Shown: positions 58,317-64,000 of the stretch, piece by piece
Numbering within the stretch: position 1 is the stretch's first letter
Layout: every line of letters begins with the position of its first letter
DNA from: Bacillota bacterium
Lineage (GTDB): Bacteria > Bacillota > Proteinivoracia > UBA4975
NCBI GenBank assembly: GCA_050949165.1
Contig: JBMNFF010000001.1
Coordinates: 1,059,185 to 1,123,184, forward strand
Direction: 5' to 3'
DNA: 64,000 nt
Position numbers and translations under genes: made by a program
The notes under the pieces: generated by a model
Told to the model about the DNA's origin: nothing
The model's input: only the letters and a program-made list of their open reading frames with translations
Database searches by the model: none

Positions 58317-58805
58317 TTACCTTCTCTTCAAATACAGGGCCAGGCCTCCGACCACAGCCAATACCGCCAGACCGCCTGCCGCCCAGATGAATGCCCCATT
58401 GGAATTGGAAATAGGCGCCGCCTCAATCGGTTCGGCATCATCCAGCTCTACATCCAGGTCCTCGGCGCCGGACAGGATTGTAAAGATGGGGTTCTCCGCC
58501 TGGGCATCGGCCTCGGCCTGGACCAGCTGCTGATATTCTTCCTCCCCCAGGATGACCTCCCGGGGCACATCGACATGGACGGTAACCGACTGGTCGTCCT
58601 TGACCAGGACGATGTTGAAGACCTCCCGGCCCAGAGCGACAAAATCCTGGACCCAGCTTTCCGAAACCTCGTAGCCGGGATATTCCTCCAGGGCCAGCCC
58701 ATGCAGGCGATTCTGCACCTCTTCGGGCAATATCCGCAAGACGGCGGAGGCTGGGGCGACGGCCAGCACCAGGATAATAGCGGTAAGAACCAACAAGCGT
58801 TTCAT
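58317..58805 (-). CDS. secreted protein with N-terminal signal peptide and C-terminal hydrophobic anchor plus KRR tail
   Basis: start MKRLLVLTAIIL with GAAGGAGG RBS; acidic central region; C-terminus ...GGLAVLAVVGGLALYLKRR. Confidence 0.6.
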   Translation of the reverse strand: MKRLLVLTAIILVLAVAPASAVLRILPEEVQNRLHGLALEEYPGYEVSESWVQDFVALGREVFNIVLVKDDQSVTVHVDVPREVILGEEEYQQLVQAEADAQAENPIFTILSGAEDLDVELDDAEPIEAAPISNSNGAFIWAAGGLAVLAVVGGLALYLKRR

Positions 58806-58875
58806 GTTTTTTCCTCCTTCACGCCAGTTTACAATAGGACGCCGAAGCCGGGCAATTGGTTCATTCATAAAGAAC

Positions 58876-58976
58876 GGGGCTGCCGCAAAATGTCCCCCTG
58901 TCATATTGGAAAGCCCGCCCTGCCGGGAATGTCCCGCAGCGGGCAATATGCAGAGATATCATTTTGCGACAGCCCC
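58876..58976. mobile_element. MITE-like element, second copy (GGGGCTGCCGCAAAATG ... CATTTTGCGACAGCCCC)
   Basis: 17-bp inverted termini at 58876-58892 and 58960-58976; same terminal motif as 51525-51773. Confidence 0.5.
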
Positions 58977-59258
58977 TATATTAACAAGCGCCCTGATGTC
59001 CAGCGATTCGGCAACCTGCCGCGGGTACCGCTATGGCGGCAAGAAATCGCCGAACGGGCGCTTGGTGGCAGGAAATTGTCCTGACTGTTGGGGGAAGGAA
59101 ATAGTGGGGGCAACTCCTGCCTGCTTTATTCTATTACCTGGTTCGCCCCATGGTGCTAGACATTGACCCCAGGCCGCCTGACACCCACGACCCTCCTAAG
59201 GCATAAAAAAACAGAGGTCAGCAACCCGCATCAATTCCGGGCTCCGACCTCCTTGCCT

Positions 59259-60803
59259 CTAACTGATTCGCCTTCTCAGCTTTCCGCTCAAATTGTCCAC
59301 CAACATCACCATGACCACCATACCCAGGAGGAGGAGGCCCACCCGCTCCCAGTTCCGGCCCGAAAGATTCATCATCAGCCAGGTCCCCAACCCGCCGGCG
59401 CCCACGATCCCCAGAATCGTCGCCGTGCGCACATTGGATTCCAGGCGGTAGAGAGAAGCGGAGAGGAAATCCGGCAGCACCCGGGGCAGCACCCCAAAAA
59501 ACCAGACCTGCAACGGCGCCGCTCCCGTGGCCTCGATTGCCTCCCAGCCCCTGCGGTCCAGGGCTTCCACCGCCTCGGTATAGAGCTTGCTGAGGACTCC
59601 GGCGGTATAGATGGTCAGGGCCAGCGCCCCGGCCAGGGCCCCCGGCCCCACCCCCCGGAAGAACATGATGGCCAGCACCACAGAGGGAAAGGTCCGGATT
59701 ACGTTGACCGCCAGTTTATTCAGCATGGGCCATACCTTGCGGCGCCACAGGTTCATGGCTCCCATGAAGGCCGCGGGCACTGCGGCTATGCTCCCCACCA
59801 GGGTGGCGAAGACGGCGATGGCCAGGCTCTCGGCCAGGCCCTGGGCCAAGCGGGGCCAGTAGCCCCAGTCGGGAGAGAGCATCCTCCCCACCATGGCTTG
59901 CCCCTGCCGAATTCCGATGCTGAAGCGCTCCCAGCTGAGGCCCAGGAGGGAAATCCCCCAGACCACGGCGACGGCCACACAAATTGCTCCCAGCCCCAGC
60001 TTCAGCCCCTGCCAGATTCGAAAGGACTTATAGCTGTCAAAGCTGAGGCCGGAAAAGGTCAGTTTCCGCCCCCGCCGGGCCAGCCAGCTCAAGCCGTCGA
60101 TGGCCGCTACCGTGACAAAGAGGATCAGAATTAAGGTGGCAAGGCGGTCATAGCGTAGGAAATTCAGATCCCGCCACAGGAGCTGGCCGATTCCCCCGGC
60201 CCCCACCAGTCCCAGGACGGTGGCCGCCCGCACATTGACCTCCAGGGTGAAGAAGAGCAGGGACCAGGCCTGCCCGGCAATCCGGGGCAGGATGCCGTAG
60301 GTCACCATGGCGCCCCAGCCAGCTCCTACGCCGGTCAGGGCTTCCAGCTGGCGTCCCTCCAAATTCTCGATGTACTCGCTGAGGAGTTTGGCGACAATAT
60401 TGGCGGCGGTGATGGTCAGGGCCATCACCCCGGCGCCCCGGCCAATGCTGAACACCGTCACCAGCAGCGCCGCCCAGACCACGTGGGGGATGGTGCGCAC
60501 CCCCGCCAGCAGCCCGCGCACCCCCCGGTGCAACAGGGGATGGGGGGAGATGTTCCCCGCCCCGATAATGGCCAGGAACAGGCCAATGACCGTGCCCAAC
60601 ACCGCCCCGGCCACCGCCATTTTCAGGGTCTCCACCAGGGTGACCAGAACCTCGGCGGCATAACTCCACTGGGGCGAGGCCATCCTCGCCAGGAGGTTGC
60701 CCATATCCGGCAGGCCCTGCCAGATCTTGACCGGATCCAGGCCCACCTGCCAGGCGCTGATTGCCAAAACCCCAAGGACCAGCAGCCACCTGAGCTTACG
60801 CAT
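59259..60803 (-). CDS. phnE: phosphonate ABC transporter permease (duplicated PhnE-type)
   Basis: two tandem permease domains each with binding-protein-dependent transport signature; start choice among three ATGs uncertain. Confidence 0.8.
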   Translation of the reverse strand: MRKLRWLLVLGVLAISAWQVGLDPVKIWQGLPDMGNLLARMASPQWSYAAEVLVTLVETLKMAVAGAVLGTVIGLFLAIIGAGNISPHPLLHRGVRGLLAGVRTIPHVVWAALLVTVFSIGRGAGVMALTITAANIVAKLLSEYIENLEGRQLEALTGVGAGWGAMVTYGILPRIAGQAWSLLFFTLEVNVRAATVLGLVGAGGIGQLLWRDLNFLRYDRLATLILILFVTVAAIDGLSWLARRGRKLTFSGLSFDSYKSFRIWQGLKLGLGAICVAVAVVWGISLLGLSWERFSIGIRQGQAMVGRMLSPDWGYWPRLAQGLAESLAIAVFATLVGSIAAVPAAFMGAMNLWRRKVWPMLNKLAVNVIRTFPSVVLAIMFFRGVGPGALAGALALTIYTAGVLSKLYTEAVEALDRRGWEAIEATGAAPLQVWFFGVLPRVLPDFLSASLYRLESNVRTATILGIVGAGGLGTWLMMNLSGRNWERVGLLLLGMVVMVMLVDNLSGKLRRRIS

Positions 60804-61554
60804 GGGCCTCTCCCCGGGGAGGACGCCCATAAATCCGGGCAAAGGTCTCCCCGTTCACCTCAGCCACGGGGCCGTCGTAGACAATCCTGCCCTCCCGCAT
60901 GCCCACCAACCGGCGGCCATACTCGGCAGCCAGGCCGATGTCGTGGAGGTTGACGATGACGGTGATCCCCTCCTGTTGGTTGATCCGGCGAAACCAGTCC
61001 ATTATATCCCGGGCGGTGGGGGGGTCCAGGCTGGCCACCGGCTCATCGGCCAGGATGGTATGGGGCTCCTGGGCCAGGGCCCGGGCAATGCTGACCCGCT
61101 GCTTTTGCCCACCGCTGAGGTCACCGGCCCTGTTGAACATCTTGTCCGCCAACCCAACCCGCTCCAAGGCCCCTTGAGCCAGGGCCACGTCGGCGGGGGG
61201 AAAGAACCCCAGCACCGTCTTCCAGGCGGGCAGGTAGCCCAGGCGGCCGGCCAGGACATTGGTCAGCACGGTGGAACGCTCCACCAGGTTGAAATCCTGA
61301 AAGATCAGGCCGATCCCCCGGCGCAACTCCCGCAGTTCCCGCTTCCCCAGGGAAGAGATATCCCGACCCCGGACCACAACCTGGCCGGAGTCGGGCCTGA
61401 CCAAACCGTTTATGGTGCGGAGCAAGGTAGACTTGCCGGCCCCGCTTTCGCCCACAATAACCACGAATTCCCCCGGCTGGATGCTCAGGTTCACATCGCT
61501 CATGGCCTGAACCCCGCCGGGAAAGGTCTTGTTTACTCCATGCAGTTCCAGCAT
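60796..61554 (-). CDS. phnC: phosphonate ABC transporter ATP-binding protein
   Basis: Walker A GESGAGKST, signature LSGGQKQR, Walker B ILADEP; start ATG at 61554 or GTG at 61578. Confidence 0.8.
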   Translation of the reverse strand: MLELHGVNKTFPGGVQAMSDVNLSIQPGEFVVIVGESGAGKSTLLRTINGLVRPDSGQVVVRGRDISSLGKRELRELRRGIGLIFQDFNLVERSTVLTNVLAGRLGYLPAWKTVLGFFPPADVALAQGALERVGLADKMFNRAGDLSGGQKQRVSIARALAQEPHTILADEPVASLDPPTARDIMDWFRRINQQEGITVIVNLHDIGLAAEYGRRLVGMREGRIVYDGPVAEVNGETFARIYGRPPRGEAHA

Positions 61555-61574
61555 CTCCTCACCCCAAATCCGAC

Positions 61575-62443
61575 TCACTCGCCCCGGAGGTCCACATCCA
61601 GGGCTTCGGCGGTATGTCGGACCACGTCATAATCTGCATCGGTGGCCCGGACAAAGCCGTGCATATTGAACATTTCCTTGAGCATGGCCGCTCCCTGGGG
61701 ATCTTCGGCAATGGCCAGGAGGGCGGCGCTGATCCTTTCCGCCAGTTCCTCATCCATATCTCCCCGCACCGTCACAGAAATATTGGGGATTTCCCTGGTG
61801 TAGCCGATGACGGCCACTTCTTCCTTAGCGGTGGGGAAATCTGCCGAATAGCGGTCGCGCACGTCCACAAAGGCCGCCGCCACGTCCACATCGCCGTTGA
61901 GCACCGCCTGCAGGGACTTGTCGTGGCCGCCGGCAAAGACCGAATCGATATCCTTATCGATATCGTAGCCCAGGCCGACCAGGTGGGCGGCGGGATAGAG
62001 ATACCCCGAAGCGGAAGAGGGGTCGACAAAGGCCACCTTCTTGCCCCTGATGTCGCTGAGATCGGCGATACCGCTGTCAACCCGGGCCATGAACTGAGAC
62101 CGGTAGTAGGGCAGATTGTCCTTGCCCAGGGCAGTGAGGATTACCCTGGCGCCGCTCTCGCTATTGGCCAGGACATAGCTGAAGGGAGGAATGAAGCCAA
62201 AGTCCACCTTGCCCGAACCGAGCCCCTCCACCACCGAGACGTAGTTGACGGCGGTAAAGGGCTTGACCTTGATGCCCAGTTCCTCCGAGAGCATTTCGGC
62301 CAGGGGCTCCACCTCTTCGATCAGGGCCTCGGCGTCCTTCATGGGCACAAAACCCATCACCAGCACTTCCTCCTTCTGACCGGAGCATCCGGCCGCTGCC
62401 AGAACTGCCAGCAACACAGCCAGTACCAAAGCGATTCTTTTCA
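61575..62443 (-). CDS. phnD: phosphonate/phosphite ABC transporter substrate-binding lipoprotein
   Basis: signal peptide with lipobox (AAGCSG), PhnD/SsuA-type periplasmic binding fold; ATG with AAGGAAAGGTG RBS. Confidence 0.8.
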
Positions 62444-62592
62444 TCTTTTTCACCTTTCCTTCAATATGTCCTTTACTATCCCGGTAAACCGGGATATAAT
62501 AAATGTATCGATACAATCATTTAGATTGTTCCTACTACCATTATTGCACTGGCTTGACGCGCTGTCAATAAGTTCAAAGGGGGAAAGTGAAA

Positions 62593-64000
62593 TTGTCAGA
62601 CGCCTTAAATAATGTACCCATACACCTCCAGAGAGATTCCCACCAGCCCCTCTATACCCAGATCGTCGCCGCCCTCTCCCAGGCCATAGACTCCGGGGTC
62701 CTGGCCCCGGGCGCCCGCCTCCCCTCCATCCGCGCCCTGGCCCGCCGCCTGGAGGTCAACGTCGTCACCGTGGTCACCGCCTATAAAGAGCTGGAACTGG
62801 GGGGATATATCTGGTCCCGGGTGGGCAGCGGCACCTTTGTCCGCACCGCCCCTCCCGCCGAGACCACCCGGCAGATCTACATCCCCCACCACGGCATCAA
62901 CTTCGCCAGCGCCACCCCTACGCCCGAGATCTTCCCGGCAGACGACTTTAAGCGCCTCCTCAACCAGGTCCTGGACCGGGACGGAGGCCACGCCTTCGGC
63001 TATCAGGAGAGCCAGGGCTGGCCGCCCCTGCGGGAGTCCATGGCCCAGTACCTGGCCAAGAACGGCATCCGGAGCTCGGTGGAAAACATCCACATCATCT
63101 CCGGAGCCCAGCAGGGCATCGACCTGGCCGCCAAGATTCTCGTCAATCAGAACGACACCATTTTCGTGGAAGAGCCCACCTACCACGGGGCCATCGCCTC
63201 CTTTCAATCCCGGGGCGCCAGGATAATCCCCATTCCCTTGGAGAACAACGGCCCCAACCTCAAAATCCTGCGCCATCAGCTGCGCCGGCACCGGCCCAAG
63301 CTCTTCTATGCCATGCCCAATTTCCAAAACCCCACCGGCTACTCCTATTCCAGGCAAAAAAAACAGGCCCTCCTGGACCTGGCCCGGGAACATCAATTTG
63401 CCGTGGTGGAGGACGACTACCTCAGCGAGCTCAGCTTCCAAGGCCCACCAGCTCCCCGCACCCTAAAGGCCATGGACAAGGAGGATCAGGTCGTCTACAT
63501 CAAGAGTTTCTCCAAAATCCTCATGCCCGGCCTGCGCCTGGGCCTGTTGGTGGCCCCGGCACACCTCAATCAAAGCCTGGGCGCCGCAAAACAGTTCTCC
63601 GATATCTCCAGCTCCGGCCTCCTTCAACGCACCCTGGACCTCTATCTCCGGGAAGAGGCCTGGCTGGCCCATTTGGAAAAACTGCGGCGAATTTACTCCG
63701 CCCGTTACCAGCGGGCAGAAGCGGAACTCAGGCGGCACCTGCCCCAACTCCGGTTTACCGCCCCCGGCGGCGGCCTCCACATCTGGCTGCAGCTGCCCCA
63801 GGGCATGAACGGCGATGAGTTGTATCGCCACTGCCTGCGGGAGGAGGTCCTCATCACCCCCGGCAGCTACTTCTCCCCCGGCGGCAGCTATCGCCAGTAC
63901 TTCCGCCTCAGCTATGCCGCCGTCACCCAGGAGGAAATTTCCCGGGGCATCGAGATCATGGGCAAAATCCTCGCCCAGACCGGCGCCCCCCCGACAATTC
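62593..64000 (+). CDS. MocR-family regulator (GntR HTH fused to aminotransferase-like domain), 3' end beyond window
   Basis: N-terminal PLYTQIVAALSQAI...LPSIRALARRLEVNVVTVVTAYKEL GntR HTH followed by class-I aminotransferase-like domain; open to end of window; TTG or GTG (62587) start. Confidence 0.7.
   Translation, partial: MSDALNNVPIHLQRDSHQPLYTQIVAALSQAIDSGVLAPGARLPSIRALARRLEVNVVTVVTAYKELELGGYIWSRVGSGTFVRTAPPAETTRQIYIPHHGINFASATPTPEIFPADDFKRLLNQVLDRDGGHAFGYQESQGWPPLRESMAQYLAKNGIRSSVENIHIISGAQQGIDLAAKILVNQNDTIFVEEPTYHGAIASFQSRGARIIPIPLENNGPNLKILRHQLRRHRPKLFYAMPNFQNPTGYSYSRQKKQALLDLAREHQFAVVEDDYLSELSFQGPPAPRTLKAMDKEDQVVYIKSFSKILMPGLRLGLLVAPAHLNQSLGAAKQFSDISSSGLLQRTLDLYLREEAWLAHLEKLRRIYSARYQRAEAELRRHLPQLRFTAPGGGLHIWLQLPQGMNGDELYRHCLREEVLITPGSYFSPGGSYRQYFRLSYAAVTQEEISRGIEIMGKILAQTGAPPTI

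Overview
High-GC Firmicutes/Clostridia-like chromosomal segment, annotated by manual reading of the sequence and the six-frame track. No rRNA, tRNA or CRISPR array was found. The first 22 kb is mostly minus-strand housekeeping: a family-5 peptide SBP, tdh-kbl, split transketolase, prfB (programmed +1 frameshift)-secA, hemerythrin, mobA-pspC-folC, hpf, a cold-shock gene, comF, a sigma factor, and metK behind a SAM-I riboswitch. It is followed by a plus-strand sugar-catabolic cluster interrupted by an AT-rich insert, a two-component system with HtrA, an ATP-grasp/ABC-2 operon, a 7-gene membrane operon with a GlmL-family protein, a second ABC system, rubrerythrin and Crp/Fnr, an Rpn-family nuclease with a MITE-like element and an HTH-WYL fusion protein, a heavy-metal P1B-ATPase module, and a phosphonate ABC transporter with a divergent MocR regulator cut by the window end. 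The best candidate for an undescribed system is at 56583-57908: a consensus promoter driving two paralogous ~30-aa Pro-rich peptides, a third 20-aa ORF and a stand-alone SagB-type dehydrogenase, with no cyclodehydratase anywhere in the window. Other candidates are the 7-gene membrane/GlmL-like operon, the WYL fusion next to the Rpn nuclease, several palindromic/MITE-like repeat families, and an RHS remnant. Start codons and repeat boundaries may be off by a few nt, and every family assignment is by eye and needs HMM/BLAST confirmation.
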